This document shows, one piece after another, positions 53,123 to 64,000 of a stretch of 64,000 nt of DNA. How positions within the stretch are numbered: the first letter of the stretch is position 1; every line of letters begins with the position of its first letter. Both the position numbers and the translations under genes were made by a program. The notes under the pieces are model-generated. The model was not told the DNA's origin and ran no database searches. It was given only the letters and a program-made list of their open reading frames with translations. Source of the stretch: Catajapyx aquilonaris (taxonomy: Eukaryota); assembly GCA_000934665.2 (NCBI GenBank), contig JYFJ02001851.1, forward strand, positions 1-64,000. Reading direction: 5' to 3'.

Positions 53123-53154
53123 CTAATCAGGTTTCTCTCTCTTTGCAGGTGAGT
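53123..53154 (+). promoter_or_regulatory. Candidate recursive splice site (ratchet point, AG|GT)
   Basis: Branch-like CTAAT (53123-53127), pyrimidine tract TTTCTCTCTCTTTG, CAG (53146-53148) directly abutting donor consensus GTGAGT (53149-53154); same strand as the 13261 exon. Confidence 0.68.
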
Positions 53155-53902
53155 TGAGCTGAATCAGACTACTGCAGGGGCATGTTGGGCCTGTGCGTGA
53201 AGCTGTCAGCAGCCTTGTAGGGGAAAGTATGCAACTGATTGGCCACTTTCATCTTGCGCGCTTAATTACAAGGCATGTTGCCACAGTTCGGTATATAGCT
53301 GCATTCTGCAGATTTGACTATTTGAATGCCACAATGCAATAAGGGCCCAACTGTCAATTTTTACGGAAATGCTTTTATTGCATATTGTACTTCCTGAGGT
53401 GGATGTCCATCCGTATAAAATGCAAGAAGAGGCGAAATGTCACTAGTAATGGCTGAAAAAGGCCTATAACCATCGACAGACCAAAACGCGATTGACGAAC
53501 GTGATTGTCACTTGAAAAGCGCGATTTTAATACACTACAAGTGACCCGCGATTTGAAAATAGCGGTGATTTTTAAGCGCGACGTGATTTTTGTCTCATCG
53601 CTATTTCTGAATAAGATGCGTTACTTTACCATTTAGAACGTTCCCCTCTGAGGAGCGTTGCTAAACATAGTGGAAAATAAAGTAGACTTGTCTGTCTATA
53701 TGTCACCAAAAAATCATTGACCTGCGTCCTCGGGAAGTGGTCAAATATGGCCGCTACTTTATAAGGTAGACCTAGGTGGCATGGGAGACCAAAAAAAACA
53801 TTAAATTTAATTAAATATAATATGTAATTACTCTGAAACGAATAATGTGTCTCATGTTATTCGTTCATTTTATCTTGAGACGGTTTATTTCTCCATATTT
53901 AA

Positions 53903-54865
53903 GGTGGATATGAAGCTAAGGTTCACATTTTGACATCGTTTTGAAATTCACAGGGTTTATAGAATAAGAAGCCCTCTTCCCAATGGTGGAAAAAAATCAC
54001 TCCTAACCGGGCAAATAAGCTCGCAAAATGGCTCAGAATGTGCCGACTGTCCATAAGCTCCAATGTTAAATTAAAACTTTATTTGAAAGCATCTTCACAT
54101 TTTGACAGTTTGAAATTAATATATGTGAAATGTGAAGAATAATATAGTAATTACAAAGAACGCAGAAAAAACATATCAAACCGAATGATTTAAATTGTTA
54201 TCGTCGAAAAAAGAAAAAGGGGGCGGGGCTAGCCTGAGGCACGGGAGGAAGTGGCAACATGGCAGTCTTCCTACGAAATGGCGCGCAGATTGTCCGAATT
54301 TGAAATATGTGGTCACAACCAGGGTTCTTAGATAAAACTATACTGTAATAAATAAGCGCACAAATACAGTATATTTCAACCTAGCCAGAAAATGTCGAGC
54401 ATCGTGCACTTGGAACGCGCCATCTTGGACAGGGGGAGGGGCGAAAGCCGCGTTGCCACCTCTATTTCCCAACAGGTCTACCAACTTACCGTAAATCAAA
54501 GCCTATACTTATCCCCTTTCCTTTCCGAAGATAATGTGTATTATATGTAATGGATGTAACACGACATTGTAGAGCCTCGTAACTGTCACCCACTACCGTC
54601 GCGTCGCCTTTGATCCTAAATATGCTGCCTATGGTAAACTAAAAATTCAGGTGTGTACATTCTAGTAGGTTGGCAATGTGTTGCAAGTGAATTAGGTTTT
54701 GCCCTGTAAGAAATCGAGTTTACGGTGGATTTTAAAATGGAATGCATATGATTCATCAGCATCCACTACTGCATTAGATGCATATGTTTCCCCGAATTTA
54801 ACTGCTCTAATTAGCGTTTTTGTTCTAGACACTGAATTGACTAGGGAAGTAGCTTCATATCCACC
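53903..54865. mobile_element. Non-autonomous Kolobok-like DNA transposon (TTAA TSD)
   Basis: TTAA|GGTGGATATGAAGCTA ... TAGCTTCATATCCACC|TTAA: perfect 16-bp TIR with purine-purine termini (not the CCC of piggyBac). Confidence 0.8.
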
Positions 54866-57800
54866 TTAAGCCAAAGGAACGATACAATGCAAGAAGGGCC
54901 CACTTGTGAGCATTAAAAGTATTTGAATAAAATATAATTTACATGGACATTTCAAGGAAAGTGCTGTCAGGTATTCATGTTGTACATATCTGTCATTAGA
55001 TTTAGAGCACAATTGCCTACCATGAACAGAAACAGAAATAAATATGTTTTTTTTCGCTTCCTGGACATTTTCAATTTTCACAATTGGACCCTTATTGAAT
55101 TGTGGTCTTCATTTATTAGGTCCACTTTTGACACCTGTGACGCAATACATAATGATGAGAAAGAATGAAATGTTCTTTATTTTCATCCAACGCTTCTGTG
55201 TTCACTGGTGAATTTCTTACCATTTGATAAGAAATTTATGCCCAACCAATTTATTTCCTCGATTTAAGACCCCTACTTGATTTTACGCATGAAACTCTTT
55301 TAGCCCCCCGTTTTAGCAAAAAAAATTGAAAGTTGTCTGTAACTCAGAGGTGGTCAATAAACTGTTCATGTAATTATGTTGCACCGTAATTACTGACTGG
55401 CACACCCATGTCAATCACTCTTTTGGTGCCATATTTTGCAATTTTGTTGGTTTTACCATCTTAATTACTCCTCATTCCTCCTTTAATGAGCTTGATTGAA
55501 TTGCCGCGCATGCGCCAATGACTGGGTGAGCCTGGCAAGAGACTGACTCTGTGGTACTGTAATCTATGATGTTTCTTAGTATCTGGCGGGTTCCCTGGAG
55601 TTATACCAATCATATGGAACATTTCTCATTAATGAAAACCGCCGTACACAGCTGGTGGTGGCGATTTCAGGGATTTTTAACGACTGAAAGAACATTATAA
55701 AAATTATGAAGTAGAGGCTTTCCAAAAGGCCTGGTTTTATAGCCTTGTAATTTGTCCCATAGTGAGTTTTTTTTCAGACTCGACCCAAACTGGTATAGTC
55801 ATCCAGAGGAGTCTGATACGTGGATATTCAATGCATTTTCGTTCCTTCAGAGCAAAAAAGCAGCCGCTGGAATACTTGTAATAGGCGTAGAAGTGAAGCC
55901 AGTAAAAGCCTGCTACTGTATATTGTGAGACACTCTGTTGGCTTCTCAAATCGACTCGTTTACCTTTCAGCCACCAAGAAAGTCAAGTATTTTTAATGGC
56001 TCTTAAATGGGTGGCCATTCACTGCACTTTATTGCTGATTTTTAACCATAATTTAACTACTGTTATTATATTAATCGTGCAATTAATAGTTCCGTACAAT
56101 TGCCCGCTAAATGGCCGCTTTTGTAGGAAATACATCTACTTAGGTGTGGCATGTAACATTTTAAAAATCATATGCAGAATTTTTTTTCTTTGTGGTTAAT
56201 AACTGTCTACCTTCTCCAGAGTAACTTACAGCTACACCAGTGATGACACGAATCTGTCGCAATAATGCGAGATACTCTGCATATTTATTGGCAGACATGG
56301 TGACAGCGGAGCAATGCAAAGAACTATGACTCCCACTTTGATACGGTATCCTGCCGTGTACGGTGTATTTTATCTGAGACGTGTATTGGAGCAAAGTGGC
56401 GTATACAGTAATCCCCCAGGGGCTCCTCTTGCCTCACCCCAGGCAGAACCACTTGCACCGACGTGTTTTTCGAGAAAGTGGTTGGGAGTAAAGCAGCAAT
56501 ATGCGTCAGTGGCAAGTTCGGTTACGTACATATTTCGGCTAGATTGCACATTAACTCTGGTAACCCGCCAGCCGACATTCGATGCTCTTGTTGCCTCTGA
56601 GGATACATGAGTAGCCAGGCATTCATTGCGAGAGCATGCACCGTGTCTGCTTTTTTATGACTGATTATTACCTGGAAGCAAGTTTGGATTCTGACTGGTT
56701 TAGGAGAAGGGCGCACCTTTATTAGAACACTTTTCGTGCAGGAAATTATTTCCGGCTGTTAGGCGTCAAATGATTGTTTCCGATTTGTGGACAAGAAGAA
56801 AGGGGACATAGCCATCGAATATTCCTCTCTGGCAGGCACATGCGCCAAATGGTTAATCACCTTCCTGCTCAGGTCATGCACTCACCATGGCATGGGGGCT
56901 GGGGAAGGGTGGGGAATACGACAATTGGAGCGGAGGACCTTCCCCCGTCGGGTCCCACATTCTCAGGGGAAATACCTAATCTCTTCGTTTTCATGTCTGA
57001 CGTGCTGAGATGGTGCGAAGACTAACCCGGGACATTTGAGAAGGAAATGTGCACGCAAGTGCAGAATAGACCTCAACAAATCATTGCCCGCCCCTACTTT
57101 CCAGCCCACCAGAGGCCTCTTTATGGACGCAATCGCACCATAAGCAGTCTAGTAAATGTATTGGGGTATGCTCATCTACTGAAGGTGAACGCACGTTTAC
57201 GTAATTTCCTTATAGTAGGAAAGTCGCCAAACGCGGACCCGGCGCTTAATGCGGACCACTGGCTTATTTTGTCAACTAGGTGATTCAGACTAAAAGCGAG
57301 ACGGCCAAAAGCTACTAGAAATAGAGTAGAAGTAACAATATATGTAGAAATATAACGGTTACTTAAATGCGCAACACTTTAAAAAGCCATGTTTTCAAAG
57401 CAATGCCCTTCCCCAATGTGTGTGGGCTTATCTTCGTTAATTTTAGGTAATCAATGATGGAAAACGATGGCAGCTAAGTGGAACCTGAAGCGATTAGATC
57501 GTCGACTAATTTTCGATTTACAATGTCAGACTTCGATGTTTTGCTAATTTTCTTTTAAATTGTTGTTATTTATGTTATTTATGTTCACCATTATATATTT
57601 TCCAATACCTCATTCCAATGCATAACTTAACTTTGTTTTCATTATCCCCAGACTACTTATTTGCATTTGGAGGTCCTAATTTGAAGGAAAAAGGGAGGGG
57701 GTCTGAATTTGGAACCCTTTTCCTGGAGCATCATTTTTGCAGACTTTTACTAAATTCAAAAATGCCATAATTTGGAATATTTACGTGGATTTTGTTATAG

Positions 57801-59083
57801 CCAGTTTTTAGGTAACTAATCAAAGAATCTTTTGACATTGAGCAATTAAGTGTAACTTTAACATTTAGGAAGTTATACGGGAAAGACGAATTGGGGGTCC
57901 GCGTTTGGCGACTTTCCCAATAGATTATTTTTTGGCTGGAAATGTTTTCACCATTTTTATGTCGTACGAATTTGTACCTGTTCGAACCGGACGCTCTCTA
58001 CCGATCTTACAGGAGTCAGATTGTCTCTTTTTGTCCTCCCACTCTCTTGCGGCCTCATTGGTCTCCAGAAGAGGTCTGGGTGGAATTGACGTCTGTAGTG
58101 CGACATCCATTTATTGCCCGGACCCATCCCTCGATGTGTTGCCCAGGAGAGGCCAACTTTTAGTCCCAGTCGCCAAATCATGGGGAATTTTGCTGTGGGG
58201 TCATGTATAAAGAACGTCGCTCTGGTGTTTTTTTTTTAAACAAACAAACTCCTGACAGCAGATTTTGCTACCTTGATATTTCACGCAGGGGAATTCAAAA
58301 GCCACGGAATATATTTCAAGAAGTAACATATCTTGGGCCTATTGTATATACACTGCCGGAGGGAGTTGAAAAGTTAGAGGATTCGCAGTTTCGGATTTTG
58401 TTCTGAAAAAAATAGTACAATACATAAGTATACGAAGTTGTATTAGCGGCAAGCGGCAATTGTGCTACTTTTTTGTACTTTCGGAAATGTTTTTGCTTTG
58501 TCCTGGCATTTTTGTAGCGGTTGGGACAAGCCTCAAGGGAGGAAACGGGGTCCTACCACATCAGAACAAAAAGTCACGGAGTCTGCCAATGCCACCCGAA
58601 TGCCGAAGGGCCGCTTAATTTTTTTAAAACTGTACAGCACAATGAAAAAGTAGTGACTCATCACAGGAGGTCTTATGCTGAACGAGTCTTAAACGGTTCA
58701 AAATGCACGTACTTTTTCAGAATTAGCATAAAATGGAGGTCATTAAAAAAAATCGATCTGAAAAGCAGGCACAGGCTGACGATATATTCTAGTGAATTGA
58801 GAAAAATGTCGCCCAGCACACGTTCTAGCTTTTACAAGACGACGCCCGCTTTTCTTCTGAACCTTTGAGAGTTCATCGGACGCCCCCAAATCCTTGGAAT
58901 ATTGCCCCACGCTTTCCGATGCAATTTGACAGCTGATTCTCGAATATCCCTATAGATATACTTGTACATATAGCCCGCCTTTATTCTTTACCGCTTTTGA
59001 GAACATCATGCTATAGGGGACTAAATATCGTCAGTTATTTCCATCACCAAGTAGAATTTTCTCTGCCTGGTGAAGCCCATTTA

Positions 59084-59209
59084 GGGCCAGTTTCACCGAG
59101 CTCTGTATATGATAAAACCAGGTTTCTTTAGAAAAATCCATACAAATATGTAGGGATTTTCCCAAAGAAACCTGGTTTTATCATATACCGAGCTCAGTGA
59201 AACCGGCTC
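59084..59209. mobile_element. Harbinger-like mini-MITE, family B copy 2
   Basis: GGGCCAGTTTCACCGAGCTC...GAGCTCAGTGAAACCGGCTC; shares the internal TAGGGATTTTCC.AAAGAA with 17334-17440. Confidence 0.8.
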
Positions 59210-60104
59210 TCCTAAAGATTCATAATAAGCCATCGAGCCAGGATTTTTTGCACTTGGCATTGGAGGGTGGTACAATAATCCATTTGCTGAGGGCGATATT
59301 TGACCTGATCTGTGTGAGCAAAACCTCCGGATTTGAAGAGCCAGGTAATTTAAGAGTGGTCGGCAGTATATTGGAGCACTAAAATGGATATGGAGCTTCC
59401 ATCTGCATGAAATCCCATTGCCGGAAATGAGGTGGAGGAAGCAAAATGAGCACCTAAGTTGGTTACCCCGCGAACGTTCCGGGGTTGGTTGGCACTCAAT
59501 CGCTTGTTTCCTCTGGAGGTGAGTTACGATGGCACATGGGTAGTATTTTGACCGGTACTTAACATGTTTGTGTTCGCCGACGCTAAGGGGAATTTTATGG
59601 CGCTTAAGGGTCCATAGAACGTGGCCTAGGTGATAAGCTGTGTGATTTTTAACTCCAGCTTACCGTCACAAGGAGGGTTAACTCTCAAAAATATGAGAAC
59701 GAATTTGCACTTCCTACGTACTTGTGCATTGGATGCCGCTAGTTTATAGGATATGGGACGTTGTTTTTACTATGATGACGCTGTTTCGGGATACCTTCAT
59801 GCTATGAACGGGGCAGCCGGATTTTTAGTGGCGCAAAACATGTGAAAACCTGAAATGCAGAACGATCAGGCAAAAAGTGAGTTAGGTATTGATTAATGTA
59901 CTTTCTAATGGTCGAGTCACATTTCTGATAAAGAAATTTGCGAGCAAACCAATTATCCCATAACCATAAGAGGTAATGCAAATTTCAAATTTCAAACCAT
60001 CATATTTCGAAATCAGTAAAATGTCACTCTGATCGTTCTGTTTGCCTTCAGATGGTAGAGCCTGTGTGCCGTTGAGTCGTTGACTAAATTCCACGTGAAT
60101 AATA

Positions 60105-60386
60105 ATATAATTCATACCCCGTTATCAGCCTATCGGCTCTTTAGGGGGGAAGTTTTTGTTTTGCCTGGAACTCTTTGCTCTCTTTTTACTGCGCTTTTTG
60201 GGATAGGATAGGGACGGAAGGAAGCGGCTGTGGCCTATTAATTACGGAAACAACTCCGGAATTTTCCTGGAAGGACCGTGGGAAACCACAGAAAACCACG
60301 GTCAGAGTTGCCGACCCCGGGATTCGAACCCAGGACCTCCCGATTAGCAGTTGGACGCCTTATCCACTATGCCAACCTGCTTCGGT
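60105..60386 (-). mobile_element. tRNA-derived SINE, family A, copy 3
   Basis: Full head/core/tail (A box TGGCATAGTGG, B box GGTTCGAATCCC); perfect 12-bp TSD ACGTGAATAATA at 60093-60104 and 60387-60398. Confidence 0.93.
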
Positions 60387-61441
60387 ACGTGAATAATATA
60401 TTCTGTAATATTGAAAAACAGGTTTAGGCTCTATGGGGATTGGGCAAGGAGGCGTGTAGCTGCGAATGGTATGTACGCGTGCTGTACACTAGGAGTGGTA
60501 TCCACAAGCATGCCAGGTATAAAAGCATGTTTTTCAAAATTTAGACTTGTGTCACCAATGTTGTCATTACTAAGCGAGCAACAACTGCAACCAAAGTGAC
60601 GCAAATGCAAACTGGAACAGATTGGAATATACACAGGTATTCCTGTATAGTGTATACAATCAGTAGGAGAATGAGTACCCCCTCGGGAATATTGCAACTG
60701 TATGAGCGAAAAATTAGTCTTAATTACATTAATACACTTCGGAAAATGACACGAGGTGTATCAGAAGCTTCAATTACTGTATATAAAATATTGAGCACTT
60801 TTTGGCTATAAGGCATATTTGAGGCTTTGGTATGGCGACATCGCGAAGGTGGCCGACGTTGATACATTGCCGGTGTTGGCTGGAGCTGTCATTTTCATGA
60901 TTGCAGCAACGTGCACGTTAGAAATGGCTATAATTTAATGACCCCAGCAACTAAGTGAAACAAGACGGGATTACAAGCGTCCCTTGGCATGATTGCTCAA
61001 CGCTTCGCCAATTAGCACAATACGGTAATTAGACCTCGAGTGGAAATTGCCAGCTCGAATTCACAGGGCGGGTTAAGGAGGGGGGAAAAAACACCACCTC
61101 ATCTGAAGGCAAGTACAGTTTGCCGTAAGAAAGGGCTATGAGGCTGTAAAACTCATTATGGCGTGAAGTCGAGGCACTTGAAAGTGAGGAGAGGTCAGCA
61201 AACACCGTTTGTTGTCGCGGCTTGTTTGCACCGCTTAGTGTCGCTGGATACTCAGAAGGGGACCATGTAACTTATATGTGCAAGTAAAGTTGTTTCGTGA
61301 AAGGGTATGAAACATGGAGTAAAATGTACTTTGTACCACATATTATACTGTCACGGACTCATTTCTTGAGAGTGTGTCGGCAACAATATCGTGCAGATAG
61401 TTACGGTAAGAAACTAATGGTGCGCTCAGGGTGCGCTTCTA

Positions 61442-62105
61442 ACAAGGAACATACCTCGGGTGACAATAAAGGATCTCGAGGAAACTGAATATGCTAATAA
61501 TGTTCATAAAGGACAATATATGATAACCAAAAATGAAGTCATTTCGGACTGAAGTTCATATTTGCAGAAGTTATGACGTGTTAAAGTGACAAAACTGGTA
61601 AGCTACATTTCCATACGCAATGGGATTACGTTATCGACCACATATAATAGCATTGAAGTGTGTAATCAGTTTTATTGTACCAAATACACCTGAAATGTAA
61701 AGAAGTAAGCCAAATCGATGAGGTTGACACTCGTGATATGTCATGAGATGAGCTTCTTTTGTTCGGCACATTTCAATACCGGTATTCGTTTCTGTATCAA
61801 CCGTTCATTGAAAAGTGAACTGCATACTATGCTTAAGTAAATTGTATGACAGTTAAATAATGTGTAATTGGTACGTACACTAAAACTGATTACATACTTC
61901 AATGCCATGTATGTGGTCGCTAACGCAATCCCATTGAGTATGAAAATGTACCATTTTTGTCGCTTTAACATGCCACGACTTTTGCAAATATGATTTCAAC
62001 CCGAAATGACTTTATTTTTGGTTATCATAATTATATTGTCCTTTATTAGCATATTCAGTTTCATCAAGATCCGTTACTATCACCCGAGATAATTATGTTC
62101 CTTGT
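61442..62105. mobile_element. Long fold-back MITE, ~250-bp diverged inverted arms
   Basis: ACAAGGAACATA..GAAACTGAATATGCTAATAA..TATGATAACCAAAAATGAAGTCATTTCGG..GTAATCAGTTTTA (61442-~61690) mirrored at ~61860-62105. Confidence 0.85.
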
Positions 62106-63360
62106 GAGTTATCTTATCAGTATTGGCTGTGATATTATACATGTAGTCAACTAGGGTCACAACCTGTCTCGTTAGTTAAAATATGTAGATAGTTTATACA
62201 GAGACCGATGTGGAGCGTGTATGGAAGTCCCCCGTGTATTTAATGATGGAAACGCTTGGCTTTCGCATTTCCATGTTACACAGCAGGAACTAATGACCCC
62301 AGCTGCCCATTGATTTTTACAAACATAAATCATGGGGAGATTATTTTTGCATAAGGATAATTTGAGACAATTTTTCATGAGGCATCTCCTCAGGTAATGG
62401 AACTCGCAAACTATATTACAAAACATGGAGTAAACTCAACATCAGGCGTATAATTTAGTATAGCTAACATCAGTTTATTTGGGGAAAGTGGTAACGTTGT
62501 GGATGTTAAATATTTGGACGATGCACATCTTGATTGATTAAATTCCTGATTCCATCGATTTTATTTAATGAATTTTGACAAGAAAAACTTTCGAACCCCA
62601 ACCGTTCTTATCTGTTTCTACTACGTACAATATATTGTCAAGTAGTGACTTGTGACGTTGTGACACCTGTTGTCAGGGAGCTGGCGTTTACCATTTGTCC
62701 CTGGAGGCTGTTGGGCTATAAGCGCGAAGACAGGAGACCCAAGTTTTAAATACCTACAGGTTTATACCACGACTATTTGGCAGGTGCTGTTTGACGATCT
62801 TGTTAAAGGTTTGGCACCTTCGACAAGGCTCTACCTGCTCCAGGCATTAAAGTGACGGACAAGGCAATACTCCCGTCTCCTCGGGCCATTTGTGCCCAGA
62901 TAGCCTTAATAGGCGTGGGTGCGAATCGGCCGTAAATGAGTTTAACTAGGGAACCGATTGAGACTGCTTTCACTTGGTCATTTCTCTTGAATGGGTTACG
63001 ACAATCGTGCCTACTGGAATTTATACGTATGAAATTTGAGGAGACATTCAGCCTTTGTGTGCAGTTTTTTCTCTGTAAATATTTGTATTCGGGCTCACAC
63101 CTGCTGGACTCATCATAATGTACCGACACGTCCTGACTCCTTAACAAAGAAGAGGTTATTGCGACCATGATCTGTGTGACGTCATGTTTTTAGATTCTTA
63201 TCTTTTCTCGGGGCTATTTTCGCTAGTTTAAATACTGACTATACTCTTTGCATATACAGTACGGCACAGGCACAGGCCATCGGTATATGATTGCCGTTAT
63301 TAGGGATTGGCCGTAGTGGTATGCAGGCATTTATGGGGAGAGGTGTATGTGAAAATATAT

Positions 63361-63500
63361 GGTCCGATGGAGTAATGGTTAAGGTCGCAGCCATACCAAC
63401 TCTGAGGTCCCGAGTGCGATGTCCGGATCGGAGAGGGGATTTTCTCATGTGGAAAAGTTTCGATTGGTATTTCCGTGTTTTCGCGTGGGTTTTCTCCCAC
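63361..63500 (+). mobile_element. V-domain-like tRNA SINE remnant, family D
   Basis: A box TGGAGTAATGG, degenerate B box, then ATGTGGA...TTCCGTGTTTTCGCGTGGGTTTTCTCCCAC. Confidence 0.55.
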
Positions 63501-64000
63501 TATCAAACTCCATCAGCAGCGCAGGAATAGAATACAGTCGGGAATATAAAAGAGAAGCCCTATGTTGCCCGTGGTAACATTATTATGCAATAGTAGATTT
63601 TTTCAGGCACGTGTCAGGAATATCCGAGTGGGTGGTAGTTATATTTGGACACTGCATGGGAGCGGATCGTCTTGTCCCCTCAACCGCTTTATTCTGCCTA
63701 ATAACTCGAATCACAGGACATTCTCCCCGGAGATTGTTGAATCGCTTAAGTGAATTGTACTTGCCTGTGCAATATGAAGTGACAGAAATTACTGCCAGTA
63801 GTCGGTAATGTGACAATGTGTCTAGACCACTTGGTCTGCTCGTCACGTCTTGTGATGCGGTAATTTGTCTCGCATATAAGGCCCGGTTTTATGAATGCAA
63901 AATAAGGAGAAAATATCCGATTATGTGTTGTGAAATACATTACCGTAGACTGTCTATAACTTGTGTTTATGTAATCAGCCATGAGATCAAAAGTGCTAGA

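Noticed and set aside
53640..53685. Hammerhead-like CTGAGGA-GC..GC-TAAAC followed by AATAAA
   Set aside because: GAAA box is mutated, stem II is only 2 bp, and there is no valid cleavage triplet.
59494..59524. Pyrimidine tract + GAG|GTGAGT as a ratchet point
   Set aside because: GAG is a disfavoured 3' splice site; more likely chance or an isolated cryptic donor.
13414..64000. Apparent excess of TGCATG (Rbfox-site) hexamers hinting at gene identity
   Set aside because: My rough count is only modestly above chance, several hits fall in TEs, and CpG decay inflates TG/CA; not enough to name the gene.

Overview
This is eukaryotic (animal, probably invertebrate/arthropod) genomic DNA, not prokaryotic; nearly all ORFs in the supplied track look spurious. 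The best-supported host feature is a GC-rich region (~12.4-13.5 kb) with a probable first coding exon on the + strand (13261-13413, 51 codons, ending TCG|GTAAGT). No convincing second coding exon follows, so the rest of the window (>50 kb) looks like one very long intron of an unidentified gene. About 39.7 kb into that intron is a strong recursive-splice-site-like motif (CTAAT...pyrimidine tract...CAG|GTGAGT at 53148/53149). The window is full of mobile DNA: four copies of a tRNA-derived SINE (three with TSDs, one with a different 3' tail), two V-domain-like SINE remnants, many TIR MITEs (Tc1/mariner, pogo-like, Harbinger-like, P-like, Kolobok-like), two inverted copies of a mariner-derived fold-back element, a compacted Helitron RepHel relic whose four fragments alternate in strand but keep native order, possible degraded LINE fragments, a ~180-bp tandem repeat and microsatellites. 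I found no CRISPR array, rRNA or intact tRNA, and no clearly new enzymatic system. All family assignments are by eye and need database confirmation.
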